Assembly (NCBI RefSeq): GCF_018977255.1
Contig: NW_024704743.1
Coordinates: 10,356,001 to 10,420,000 of the forward strand
Reading direction: 5' to 3'
DNA from: Callorhinchus milii
Lineage: Eukaryota
Length of the DNA stretch: 64,000 bases
In this document: positions 47,375 through 59,990 of the stretch, one piece after another
How the letters are laid out: the number at the start of each line of letters is the position of its first letter
How positions within the stretch are numbered: the stretch's first letter is position 1
Notes under the pieces: model-generated
What the model was told of the DNA's origin: nothing
Databases searched by the model: none
What the model saw: the letters and a program-made list of their open reading frames with translations, nothing else
Program-made: the position numbers and the translations under genes

Positions 47375-47812
47375 ATTGTGACTCTATCACCCCCATCTTT
47401 GCCCGGCTCCACTGGCTCCCCATCACTCAGAGGATACAGTTCAAGATCCTTGTCCTCACCTTCAAAGCCCTCCACGGCCTTGCTCCTCCCTCCCTCCGTG
47501 ACCTCCTAACCCCCTACCAACCTGTTTGCTCCCTCTACTCAGCAGGCCCCGGCCTGCTTCATGGTCCCTGCCTTGCCCTTACTCTCTGCACTACCATCTG
47601 AAATCCATCCCACAGTCCCTCTGCCTCAGCCCCTCCCTTGCCTCCTTGAAGATCAGTCTCAAGAACCTCCTCTTCCTACCCCTATCCTCCCTGCCCTCCA
47701 CCCCTCCTTATCCAAACCACCAGCTCTGGTGCAGATCCCTGACTGTCCAGTGGTTTGGGACGTCCTCCTGATGTATGAGGCACTATACAAATGTAATTTG
47801 TTGTTCTTGTTG
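47375..47812 (+). mobile_element. L2 LINE 3' fragment
   Basis: DSITPIFARLHWLPITQRIQFKILVLTFKALHGLAPP; L2 tail. Confidence 0.9.
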
Positions 47813-47844
47813 CTTAACTGACTCTTTAATGTATTTAATGAACA

Positions 47845-47857
47845 CCAGCAGGTGGCG
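47845..47857 (+). promoter_or_regulatory. CTCF core motif match
   Basis: CCAGCAGGTGGCG fits CCASYAGRKGGCR; lies in non-repeat DNA. Confidence 0.4.
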
Positions 47858-48372
47858 AACTCCTCCAGTTATGTGGTTTCTTCTTCTCCTGGTCTGAGTA
47901 CCGCCAGTATGTGGCACATACAAGATAATACAAGCTACAACTTTTTGTAAATACTATATGGTACACAGGACATTAGGTTGTTTTTATTTGTGTCTGTATG
48001 TTCAGTTTTCCTTTCCCAGGACTCATCTGTTTAGGAAGGCTGAAATCTGAGCTCTCCTAAGCCAAAAAGAAAATAGATCAGCCCGGTCGCTAAAACTTAA
48101 TTTTATTTTAACGACAGGTCAACACACACTTTGTAAATCTTGAGCAACGCAGAATGATGAAGGTTATCATAAACATATCTATTCACTCTGGTTGCTTAAA
48201 GTTCCCACAGGGCCACGTTTGCCATTACTGGAACAGATTGAAACAGCAGCATTTGAATTGCATCACATAGGAAAGCAACAAAGATGCTCTCCAGGGGTGT
48301 TACCAATCTCTATGGGCAAAACTGAATTGAATCCAGTCAAAGAGTTCCCCTATTGGAAGTGTATTGGAAATG

Positions 48373-48740
48373 TGGAGTCCTGTAGCTTGGTGGTCAGAGC
48401 ACTCACCTCGCAAGCAAGAAACCTAATGTTGACCTGTGTCGATTCCCGGCAGAGCAAAATGTTGGGCAAGTTTCCTTACTCCACACACCTCTGTTTACCT
48501 AGCAGTGAATAGGAACCCGGTTGTCAGTTGATTGGTGGATCGCTTTTCCGGGGTAAAAATTCCTTCAAAAATTGGTCACTTCAGTCCATGACTGTTTGTG
48601 GGACACTGATGTGTGCAATTTGCTGCCGAGTTTCACCCACAAAATATACGGTCAATTTACTTTACAGTATATTCTGTGAAGCATTTTAAGATGTCTTGAA
48701 GACGCGATAATGCACTATGTCAAATGCAAGAATTATTATT
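48373..48740 (+). mobile_element. Full-length tRNA-Ala-like SINE, long form
   Basis: TGGAGTCCTGTAGCTTGGTGG head; CTGTTTACCTAGCAGTGAATAGGAACC module (48491-48553); Deu-like body; ATT tail. Confidence 0.92.
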
Positions 48741-48750
48741 AGTATTATCT

Positions 48751-48988
48751 GATGATGCAAGGAGCGAAAAGGAAGTAATGGGTCACATACCGTGAGCAAG
48801 TGTGGCCTTTGGTAGATTGTCCAAGCATGTTTGGAATTGACGTGGTACCAAGGTTGCTTTATAAGGCAGTTGTCCTTTCCAATCTCCTTTATGGATTCAA
48901 AGCAGGGAAACTGTATAGAAGGCATACTCAATAGCTGCAAAGATTTCACCAAAGACACCTTAGTATCTTGCTTCATATTAAATGGCAA
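48751..48988 (+). mobile_element. RTE-clade LINE fragment (post-RT region)
   Basis: Manual translation KEVMGHIP*ASVAFGRLSKHVWN*RG / YKAVVLSNLLYG..LYRRHTQ*LQRFHQRHLSILLHIKWQ, matching the RTE pattern ASxAFGRL..YxAVVLxxLLYG..FHxRCLRxILxIxWQ. Confidence 0.85.
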
Positions 48989-49811
48989 CAGCAACACCAA
49001 ATTTATATAGTGTATTTCACATTGGGAGCCTTCCAAAGGCGCTGGACAATGAAGGGTTTGATGAAGGAACAATTGTCCCTGAGCTGCGGGTTAGTATCAG
49101 AGAGGAGTGGAGGGAAAGAGGGGTGGAGGAGTGAAGATCTCACTCGGTTCACTCGCACTCAGTTCAGTCCAAGGAACAAATTGGCTCCATTCTTCCTCTC
49201 ACAAAGCCTCCTGTTTTCTGCTCAAGACGCCTTTTTCATCCTAATCCTCATTTGTTCCCTCTTGCCCATTGCTTAGAATTAAATGAGCTGCTATTTTTAA
49301 AATGCCACTGAAAGGTTCTGCATTGAGTGGATGTCACTTGTTGACCAAATGGTTTCTATTCTCCTTGCTTTGCAGTCATTTACTGCGACTGAAAGGGTGC
49401 AGTGTCGTGGACCGTTTGTTTGTCCACCACATTGCAGCCATATTTGGCAGCCAAGGTTGCTGTGGTTACCGCAGACAAATACAATTAACAAATGGCTCTG
49501 ATGCGTTTGCTTGCCCACCCCATCCCCACCATTTCCCCATTTATTTTTATTCAGTTAGTTTTACGCAACAATGAAGATGGAATCTAAGCAGAACATGGAT
49601 AGTTAGATCAGGTTAGGTGCAAATTCATTGTAAGCTATTCAGTGGAACCCAGCAAGTTCCAACCAGAGCATGAACTTTCATTGCCATCATCGCCTATATT
49701 AATGACAGTCTGAAGACTATCAGCACTGTTGCACTGAATATGAAATTACGCAATCTTGGGCACATCCCAAGCTCTTCAGAAAGATCTTGCCGCAACTAGC
49801 GACTGCCTTTT

Positions 49812-50145
49812 CAATAATAATTCTTGCATTTGATGAAGTGCCTTATCTTGTCCATGTCATTGAGGCATCTCAAAGCACTTCACAGAATATACTGTAAAGC
49901 ATAAGGACTTTTTTGTTGGTGAAATAAGGCAGCCAATTGCGCATAACAGTCCCACATAAACAGTGTCGCACATCGAGTGACCAAATTATTATTTTTTTTA
50001 AGGGCTTATTACACCCAGCAAAGCAATTCACCAATCAACTGACAATCAGTTCCTGCTTACTGTTAGGTAAACAGAGGCATGTGGGAAGGAAACTTACCCA
50101 ACGTTTCACCTTGCCAGGGAATCAAACCCAGGTCTCTTGCTTGTG
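49812..50145 (-). mobile_element. SINE long form
   Basis: Tail, Deu-like body, TAGGTAAACAGAGGC core, GGGAATCAAACCCAGGTCTC B-box region. Confidence 0.85.
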
Positions 50146-52987
50146 ATTGTTAGCACTCAGACAATATCCTACGTGAAGGACACAATGTATGTGCAAGTTG
50201 TTGCTTCAAACATGTCAGAAGTTAGCTGAATCCAAAACATTTTTTATATAATAATAATAATCCTTGCAGTTGGTATCGTACCTTTCATGTCAGGGAGCAC
50301 GTCTCAAAGCGCTTCAAGGTTTTCCTGTGAAGTGTAGTGACTGTGTATTTGTAGACATACATTTGTGTGCAGCAATGTTCTACAAACAGCCATGAAGTCC
50401 ACTTAAAATTTAAAAGAAGGCCAAAGTGACTGTACTTAAGAACTAGTTTGACCAATTATTTTGGAAACTATCACAGATGTGGTTGAGGATTTAACTGTTG
50501 AATGTTACATGCAAGGTAACTGTCATAACTTATTCTGATCTTCCCTTGTTCAGTAATATAAGTAGAACAGCATAATACTTTATCGAAGTACAGTGTAGAG
50601 CTTGTGGGCAAAGTTTTCTTGCTAGGGGTAGAAATGCACATCCATAAATCCTACAAAATGCAGGGTGACCAAAATGTTGTGATATCATTACAATGTCTAA
50701 TAAATCTTAACGAAATTATGATTGTTTTAGCTAATCACAACTTTTTAGTCAACGTGTACATCAAAACATTAAACTCACAATCTTGGCTGACAATCTATTT
50801 CAGTACTGGGGGACGCTGCATTGGCAGAGGTGCCGTCCTTTGGATGAGACGTTAAATCAAGCCTACGTAGACATTAAAGTTCTCATGGCACTATTCAAAA
50901 GGAGAAGAGATTTTCTCCCAGGGTCCTGGGCATCAGTCCTTCTGATAATGCTGATCACTCACTGCATGGCTGTTTGTGGAAATTGCTGTGTGCAAATTGG
51001 CAAATTGATAAGTTTGTCTACAAAATACCCAGTATTTACATTTTACAGTAAAATACTGTGAAGTGCTTTGAAATGTCTTAACAATGTGAAAAGGTGCTAT
51101 ATCAAATGTAACGAATAGTGTAATAAATCCCCCCAAAATATCTCTGAGACCTTAACTCAAAATGCTTTGGCAGAAGATTTTAATATTTTATCTTAACTTT
51201 TCAGAAGCTAGTTTTCTGCAAGTCTTAGAAAGCACAGTCACTACACCATACAGTAATTGTGAAGTGCTTAGAGACATCACAACATGATGAGGTGCTACAT
51301 AAAATGCAAGGATTATTATATCTGGAGTTTGCTTCTGGCGCCAATTGAAAGCTTGGGAGCCTTATAAAAACAACATTAATTATGAATCTATTCTCCTGTA
51401 GAGAGAAATACGTGAACTCTCTCTCTAGGGTCAAGATGGCTCCAACAAAATACACCAAGGAAGATACTACAAAATTGAATCTGTGGTGGACTCAATAATC
51501 CAATACCTGGGTGAGGCAGGCCTGCAAGACACTGTTGATAACTGATTTGGCTGATCAATGGGACTTCGTTGTGTAGACTTTGTTACTAGGGATAGTGGTG
51601 GTGGGGGGGGATTCATACAATAGTTTGGAAATGAGTCCTGGTTAAAATAAACATTGATGGGAACAGATAAAAATAAAAATTTTAAATGTTAAACTTTGTT
51701 ATTAAGACAGAAGAAAATGATGTAGTTGCCAAGCATCTGGAAGAGAGAGATTACAGAGGAATATGATGCTGCATTAGAAGTTATGATAAAGAGTGCTCCT
51801 AGTACTTTAATTTAGATTGATGGGCATTGCAAGACTTCAAATATATAATGTGAATAGTAAGTGGATGGTGTCCCATTCTGAGTGGGAAGTAAATACATTT
51901 TTCTCAGGATTGCTTTGAAGGATATATCTGAAGAAATGAACAAAAGATATTCCCAATGCTCAATTGCCAATTCTGTTGTACATTAACAATGTAATCAATT
52001 TCGCTGAAAGTGAATGTCCAATTAGTAGTTATTTCTTGTAAGTGAACAAAGATTAAACATCTATCACCTTTTTGCCACTTTTATTCATTATGGCTGAATA
52101 CTTGTAAATGTCTGTCAAATTAGTGACCTTATGCAGGAGCAAAAAAAACATTCAAAGTCCTTATTGCTAATATCAACTCTACCATCTTCCCAATACAGTA
52201 TCAAGCATTAAATGCTTCCAGTGTCCCACCCTTAACTTTTCAGGTGATCTTCTTAGTCTCATTTGCAGTCAATTTATCTGGGTGGGGATGGGATGTGGTA
52301 CATAATGTGATAATTAGAATTAGCGATAATGATCACAATGATTGAAATTACAGTAATTTCATAAAAATAAAAAAAACTTGCACTGATGTAATGCTTTTCA
52401 CATTGGAGAATGTCTCAAAGCACTTCACACTTCACTGTTTCAGAACTGAGCTAATGCTTTCTATCTTTGTTTTCTATTTCTAAATTGCAGATGGAATTTA
52501 ACTTTTGATTCCTAGCCTGCAAACTCAGTTTCAATTTCAACTTTTTTATATTTAATCTAACAACCTCAAAATCTGATTCAATTTCTTGCCATATCTCAAA
52601 GTGTGTTGTTGCTGTTTTGTGCACGACATCAGGATGAACTCCCTTCAAACTCTTGTCTTGCTTTTGAACAAGGGAATGGGGGAGTCGTGGATTTTGAATG
52701 TGCATCACTGCATATACTGGGCCAGTTGCATGCTGGATCATGCATCATGTACAGAACTGAGTATGCATCGCAGAGCTTTGAGTTTCAGAGGAAACGGGAG
52801 TACCCAGTGCAGTGAGCAGAACCTGATTCTACTGAGCATACTTTTTATAGCAGTACATTATCTACCATCCCAGAGGGGGTCAGACCCATATTAATTGGTA
52901 GGAAACTAACTGTTTGGTTTATGTTTTAGTCAGCTGAGTGTCTGACACTTGCCAAAACCCGTCATCATGCTTAAGAGTATCCAAGCC

Positions 52988-53200
52988 AGACTGGGAGTTC
53001 CATATACGCTACCTACATATGAAAATTCCCATGTCTAGAATGGAATGCATGCTCTAATTTTGCAGAGTATTAGGCATAAGTTGACCAGAGCCAAGGCTTG
53101 GAGACACCAGAGTGAGTGTGGGATACTGCTGGAGTTTAACCAGTGAAAACTACATAGGATACCATTAAAAACACTATCTGGCAAGCTTTCCACTTGATGG
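52988..53200 (-). repeat. Unclassified repeat family A (fragment)
   Basis: CATATGAAAATTCCC..GGAATGCA..GTTGACCAGAGCCAAGGCTTGG..ACTGCTGGAGTTTAACC matches 19850-20010. Confidence 0.7.
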
Positions 53201-53517
53201 TTAAGGCAATGCTTGAGAATTGCTATTGAAATTCTTAGTAAGATCGCTTGAACGTACTGGTAAGAATTGAGGAATGGATCATTGAGCCAATAATACCAAT
53301 TGATTTTGGGTCAATAGGTGATATAAGCTGTAACTTATTCTCCTCATATTGTTGATGCCTTAGCCAAATTAAGAATTCTTGGGGCCCTGGCACCAAGAAC
53401 ATTCAGTGCACCTTCACACCCATGCACAACCCACCTCTCCCTGATCCATTATTAAAATGCATCAACAGGCCTGTTGAATATCTACACGCAGCGTTAATAA
53501 TAAAGCAAATTATATCA

Positions 53518-54225
53518 AAAACAACAACTTGCATTTATATAGTGACCCCACGTTGGGCAGCATTCCAGAGCGCTTAACAATGGTGGAGCCCGATGCTGAT
53601 CCAGGGGGAGTGGAAAGGTGACCATAGGCATGATCGAAGAGGAAGATCTTCAGGCGCAACAAGGGATTGAGGGAGGAAATTCTATAGCTTCGGGACATAG
53701 TGACTGAAGGCACAGCCGCCGAAGGTGGAGTGGAGGATTCAAGGCCAGTAGAATGGAGGCAGCGGGTACTGCTGTGAGAAGAAAGGAGATTGGAGAGATT
53801 AGGGGGTGCCAAGGCGTGAAGGGATTTAAACACTAGAGTGAGGACCTTCAAGTCGATCCACTCCGTGATAGGGAGTCAGGGAGTTTGGCAAGGACTGGAG
53901 TAAATCGGGGTGTGGAGTTTAGTGCAGGTGAGAATGCGGACGACGGAGTTTGAATGAGTTGAATTTTGTGATTAGTGGAGGAGGCGAAACTGGAGAGGAG
54001 GGGGTTAGAGTAGTCCAGCTGAAGGGTAGATAAGGGTTAGGGTTTTAGCAGCTTGTGAAGTGAGGTATTGTTGTAGATGAGCAATGTGACGAAGGTGGAG
54101 GAAAGTGATCCTGGTCAGGGACCGGATGTGGGAGAAGAAGGATAACTGAGGATCGAACTTGTTGCCTAAATTGCCCACGGGTTCAGAGATTCTTAAGAAT
54201 AGATCGGGTAGGTTGAGGAGGATTG
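53518..54225 (-). mobile_element. L2 LINE 3' fragment
   Basis: KVLTLVFKSLHALAPPNLSNLL..LKIFLFDHAYG; L2 tail at 53518-53545. Confidence 0.88.
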
Positions 54226-54361
54226 AATCACGGTAATCACAATATAGTATCCTTAAAAAAAACTTTTCAGCCTGTTAAATGGCCAAGTGGCAACCCAAGG
54301 TCCCTAGCGGACCCCATATTTGGCTGTGACCTCTGGGCATGGGCCCCTGCTTCTCAAGGTT

Positions 54362-54830
54362 ACAATAATTCTTGCATTTGATATAGTGCCTTATTAGAAT
54401 CATTGAGACTGCTCAAAGCGCTTCATAGGATATTCGGTAAAGTGGATTGACTATGAATTTTAATGGCAAAGGTGGCAGCAAATTTGCACCAAGCAATATC
54501 CCACAACCAGTCATAGAGTAATGGCCTATTTTTATTTGGAGGATTGCTGGCCAGGGAGAAACTCCCTTCTCTTTTCGAATAGTGCCACGGGATCTTCAAT
54601 GTCCATGTGATTAGGTAAATGGTACCTTGGTTCAATGTTTCATCTAAAGGATGCAACCTCCAACAATGCAGCACATTACCTGAATTCTATTGGAGTGTCC
54701 ACATTGTCTGCATTATAGTCAATGTGGACACTCCAATGGAATTTAGGTAATGAATTCCTGACATGGGGCTTGAGCCCACAATCTTTTGAGAGAGGCGAGA
54801 GTGCTTCCAAATGAAACAGGCTGACACTGC
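54362..54830 (-). mobile_element. Old Deu-domain SINE, near full length
   Basis: GAATAGTGCCACGGGATCTT core; head GAGAGTGCTTCCAAATGAAACAGGCTGAC. Confidence 0.82.
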
Positions 54831-54854
54831 CAATGAAGCATATGATTAATCTAG

Positions 54855-55225
54855 ACAGATACATTGACTTCAGGGGCCTGTACCCAAGGATCCCAGACAA
54901 TGTGAACCTGTTTATCCTTTTATAGCTTTGAACATAGCAGTAACCTTGGCTCCAAGAAAAACAGCAGTGGGTGAGAAGGAAGAGAAGGTAAAGGAAGAGG
55001 AGGCCAGTATATTAGCACAATAGATGAGGTGCATAGAGTAGAACTGCAACTCTTGTTAAGATCAGACTCCGTGAGGGTAAAGAGCAGATGTGCCCACTTT
55101 ACCCTGTCAAAATCCTTTCCAACATTGAGGCAAATCACTGCAGTGAACCCACAGGCATAACAATATCAAAATAAGTAAGACGGATTGCTTGCCAATTGCC
55201 ACAACACCTTTTATAATAAAGAACC
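54855..55225 (-). mobile_element. L1/Tx1-clade LINE RT fragment, highly decayed
   Basis: ICLNVGKDFDRVKWAHLLFTL (cf. LDAEKAFDRVEWxYLF) followed by HPLLFFLEP (cf. SPLLFxLxxEP). Confidence 0.7.
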
Positions 55226-55433
55226 TGTGGTCTGCTCTAATTAAGTGAAGAACACTATACCATGTTTACATGCGGTGCTTTTCTCAGCAGTTGAACCCAC
55301 TGAGGAATCAAAGGCTCCTATCAATTACCTTGTGAAACATCCATTATTTGTGCTCTGCTGTTATTGCTTGGACATGGCAGGGCTGTGGCAACCCCTAGTG
55401 GGAATGTTGAGCCTACACCTAACTGCAATAAAA

Positions 55434-55800
55434 AATAATAATCATAATAATCCTTTCATTTGATAAAGAGCCTTATCATGTGTTCGAAATATCTCAAACC
55501 ACTTCACAGAATATACTGCAAAGTGAATTGACTGTATATTTTGGGACGAAACATGGTAGCCAATTGCGCACAGCTGTGTCCCACAAACAATTATGGATTG
55601 AGTGACCACATTTTTTTTAAGGGATTATTACCCCCGGAAAAGTGATCCGCCAATCGACTAACAACCAGTTCCTACTTAATGCTAGGTAAACAGAGGTGTG
55701 TGGAGTAAGGAAACTTACCCAACATTTTGCCCAGCTGGGAATCGAACCCAGGTCTTTCACTTGCAAAGTGAGTGCTCTGACCACTAAACTAAAGGACTCC
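55434..55800 (-). mobile_element. Full-length tRNA-Ala-like SINE, long form
   Basis: Head ends GGACTCC at 55800; B box GGAATCGAACCC; Meta-like module; AATAATC on both flanks. Confidence 0.92.
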
Positions 55801-55859
55801 AATAATCCTATTTGATTTCATTTTGAGAAGACATCTCAAAGCCTTCACAGCATTTACTT

Positions 55860-56262
55860 AGGGGTCAGCCTGACTCAGTTGGTAGCACTTTTGCCACTGA
55901 GTCAGAAGGTGGCAGATGGTTGTGGGTACAGAAGGTTGTGGGTTCAGGTCCCAAGTGAGGACTTTGAACTCACATAATGTAGCTTGACACTTGATTCCAG
56001 TGCTTGGGGTTGGAGGCTCTGTTCTTCAGATTAGATGTCAAACTGAGGTCTTTCCATGGCACTATTTGAAAGGATTTCTCCTAGCCAAAAATCCTCGGAT
56101 CAAATTAGTCATTCAATTCATCGCTGTTTGTTATGTGCGCCAGTAGGCTGCTGTGTTGGCCTGCAAAATACACAGTTAATACAAATTATAGTAAATCATG
56201 CTAAATACTTTGAGACTCCTTCTGTTGTATCAAGGCACTAATTCAAAAGCAAGGATTATTTA
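55860..56262 (+). mobile_element. Old Deu-domain SINE
   Basis: GTCAGCCTGACTCAGTTGGTAGCAC head with local duplication of CAGAAGGTTGTGGGT; CCATGGCACTATTTGAA; L2-type end. Confidence 0.8.
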
Positions 56263-57716
56263 TTCTTCCTGTGATCTCTTCAACATCCAACTAGATAGGT
56301 AGCTTGCCTTAATGTCTCATTCAAAGGACGGCATCTCCAACAATGCTGCGGTGGACCCCAGCACTCTATTGATTTGTTTACCTAAACTGTGAGTTCAAAG
56401 TCATGTTGTTGGGCTTGAATCCACAGCCAGGCTAACATGCGGTGGAAATGATAATAGCGTATTATAGTCCCACTAGCCAGTGTTGAAATCACAGTCAAAT
56501 TATAGAATCCATTCCAGTCTAATTATTTCCGAATCTAACACAGAGTGTACACGGACGGCAGAGACTTTTAAGATCAACCTGAGCCTTGCCAAAGTAATGG
56601 AATTGGTTTGAGTCTCAGAGCCAACGCATAAATGGAGTAAATGTACAGTTCCCAGCAGACATCACTGCTGGGATTTGTCAATCTGTCTGCTAAGTCTTTC
56701 TCTTAAAAGCTCTTCTCACACAATTATTTTGTTCCTTGGCTAATTAGCAAGTTGGCCAACAACCATTCGATGTTTTAAAAAAAGTCTGTAGGCTTATCAG
56801 GGCAGTTCAGAAAAGGCCTGCATCATATATTTAACCACAGTTACAACTGCATCAACACAACCTACTTAGAGCAGTGATTTTTGACATACAAAACAGTATC
56901 TGAAGTGCTGAATCATTCTGTCGAGTCTCCGAGACCTCTGGAATCGCATGTGTAAGCACCTTACCAAATTAATTGGTGCTGAGGAGTATTGGAATCAAAT
57001 TAAAGGTTATTCTTCTTAAGTCTAGGTCCTACTGAGGGAATCTTATGTGAGTCCTTTATGGTTACCAAATAATATTAAAAGAAACCTTGAGCCTGGGTAG
57101 TGATTGCATTGCACACATAAACCCTCCCCACATGTAGTTTTGATTTGTAACTTAGAAAGAGTTATGTTTCACCCACAGAATACACAGTCAATTCACTTTA
57201 CAATATATTCTGTGAAGCGCTTTGAGGTATCTCAAAGATGTGATAAGGGGTTATACCAAATGTAAGGATTATTATCATTATTGTTATTATTAACATGAAC
57301 AATCTTAGCTCTGAAATTTTGCCTAGTTTTAGCCTGCAAGATTGTTTTGCTTTAAAATTATAGAGCAGACATAATTGAAGCAAATTCTTAAATTCAGTCT
57401 CTTAGAAACATTTTTCCTGCTGTTCTTAAAACAGACCCAGCTTCCATAATTACAACTACTTTTATGAATAAACCCCAGTTCCATGCGACCTTTCATTCTG
57501 CGATAAAATGTCAGTCCCTGCAGGATAGGACATTAAACCAAGGGCACGCAAGATCACAAGGTTGGTTTGGATAAAGAAGGCCTTTTAGCCCATCTGATCT
57601 GATCCTTCCAGAATACCCACTCCACTGTCAATTATCACAGCATCAAGATGCTTTTTATATAAGTTGTGTCCTAATCTCAACCCCCACCCTTCCTGGTAAT
57701 CTTTTCCAATTTTTAA

Positions 57717-58305
57717 TTACAACAACAGCTTGCATTTAGACAGTGCCCTCCATTTATATAGTGTCTTGGAATGCTTAACAGTGGCGGTGCCTGATGCTAA
57801 GCTGGGATTGTGGGGGCTGGGGCTGAGGGAAGGAGGAGGTGACCGTAAGCATGGTCTAAGAGGAAGGTCTTGAGTTGTGACCCAAAAGACTAGAAGGAGC
57901 AGGCAAGGTGGAGCGATTGAGGGAGAGAGTTCCAAAGCTTTGTTGTGTATTGGCTGAAAGCACAGCTGCCGATGGTGAAATGGAAGGGACAAGGGCTGAG
58001 CAGGAGGCCAGAGCTGGGGAGACTGGCAAGGAGAGCATTTGAATAGTTGAGGCAGGAGGTAATGAAGGTATGGATGAGGGTTTCCCTGTGTTGGGTGTGG
58101 AGTACTGACGGAGGCGGCAATGTGACGATGGTGGAGGAAAGTGGTCTTGGGTAGAGACTGGATGTGGGGAAGGAAGGCCAGCTGGGGATGGAACCTAACA
58201 CCTAGGTTATGTACATGTTCGGTAAGTCCTAGAGAAATACTGGGGAGGTTGGGGAGATCAGACCGTAGGAGTATTGTTTCCGTCTTGTTGATGTTCAGCT
58301 GCAGG
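57717..58305 (-). mobile_element. L2 LINE 3' fragment
   Basis: ETLIHTFITSCLNYSNALLASLP..TIGSCAFS..KLWNSLPQSL; L2 tail. Confidence 0.88.
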
Positions 58306-59419
58306 AAGGATAGCTACCCCGAGGAATGGACTAGTGTCAACCGACAATATGACATCAAGTCTGCCATGGAACATAAACCCATAACTTTGGGACCTAGAGC
58401 TGCGAGTTCCACCAACTGTGCCATGCTGACACGCTAAACTTTATTCTTCTCCACATGTGTAGCATTGAAATTGGACTTCCCCCCCAAAAAAACCCACATA
58501 TCTTTACTAATCTTTTGAACCCTGTTTATAGTTTCAGCATGCAGCCGCAGCTTGCTTTAAATTTATTTTTCCTGAGCGATGGCTTTCGAATGCTATTCCA
58601 GAGTAAATACGAGGCTGAGACTGATGCCGAGGTTGTCTCGTTTCTGTGTCTTTTGGCAGCAGAATCTAAAATTCCTCCATCAAAATTTTCAGTTGTATTA
58701 CATTTTAAATTAAAGACTGATGAGGACAATGTGTGGTGATAACTCACTGTGGACAATCAGGATTGCAGACTGTTTCTGCAATCACCAGCAGAAGGGAGAG
58801 AAACAGAAGACACATTCCCTTCGTCAGAACTGTATCTCAGTAGCTGAGCAGCCTGAGGGGCACCTACCAAAGACAATCTAAATTCATGTCTTAAACTTCA
58901 GAACACTGACACATCTAGGAATGTATGTCCTGCAGATGAAATGTTGAGCCAAAGTCCCATCTCCCTGTTCAGGTGGATGTTAAATACTCATTTACTGTGA
59001 ATATGCTTGCATTTGATATAGCGCCTTATCACATATTGAAACATCTCAAAGCACTTCATAGGATTTACTGTAATGTGCAGTGATTTTATTTAGTAGGTGA
59101 ACGTGTCAGCTAATTTATGCATAGCAGTGTCACAAATAGCCGTGAAGTGAATTACTGATTTTATAATAATTGTAATAGTAATAATAATCATTGCATTTGA
59201 TATAGCACATTATGTAATTGAAATGTCTCAAAGCGCTTCACAGGATAACCTGTGAAGTGCAGTGATTGTGTATTTTGTGCTCAAACCCACAAAATTTCAA
59301 AATGTGATACCTCACTTATAACGGCAAAATGTCTCGAAGGTTAGACAATGAGTTCAAAGTCACAATGTGGAAGTCTAAACTGTAATCTTCTGACACAGAG
59401 ATGCATCTACCACCAGATC

Positions 59420-59990
59420 AGCAGCCAGTTGCACACAGCAATGCTCCCAAACAGCTACAGAGTGAGTGACCAATTTTATCTGGAGCGTTGTTGGCCAGAA
59501 TACCGGGAGCAACTTATTTCTCTTTTCGAATAGTGCCATGGGATCTTTAACGTTCACGTGAACAGGCAAGCGGATCTCGGTTTATAGTCTCATCTGAAGG
59601 ATGGCACCTCCTAAAATGCATCACACCCTCAGAATTGCATTGGAGTGTCAATTTAGCCTATGTGATTCCAAGTCCCAGTATGGGGCTTCACCACACAACT
59701 TTTTGACTCAGGGTAAGAGTGCTTAGCAAGCTGACCACATTTTACCTGGGAGATTGTTGGCCAGAATACCAGAAGAAACTGTGTTCTTCATGGTGCCATG
59801 GAATCATTAATGTCCACCCAGTCTTTTATAGTTGAGATTTTTTTTTAACGTCTCATCCGAAGGATGGCACCTCCGAAAATGCATTGCACTTGGAATGTCA
59901 GCCTAGAGCTTGAGCTCAATAGCTCAACATAGGACTTGAACCCACAACTTTCTGACTCGCAGGCGGGAATGCTACCAAGTGAACCAGGAG
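59420..59990 (-). mobile_element. Two tandem Deu-domain SINE fragments
   Basis: GAATAGTGCCATGGGATCTTTAACG core at ~59528; second core at ~59793; heads at ~59700-59733 and ~59935-59987. Confidence 0.8.

Noticed and set aside
54031..54044. AAGGGTTAGGGTTT as a second telomeric insertion
   Set aside because: Only one full TTAGGG, and part is native L2 sequence (AGGGTTT).
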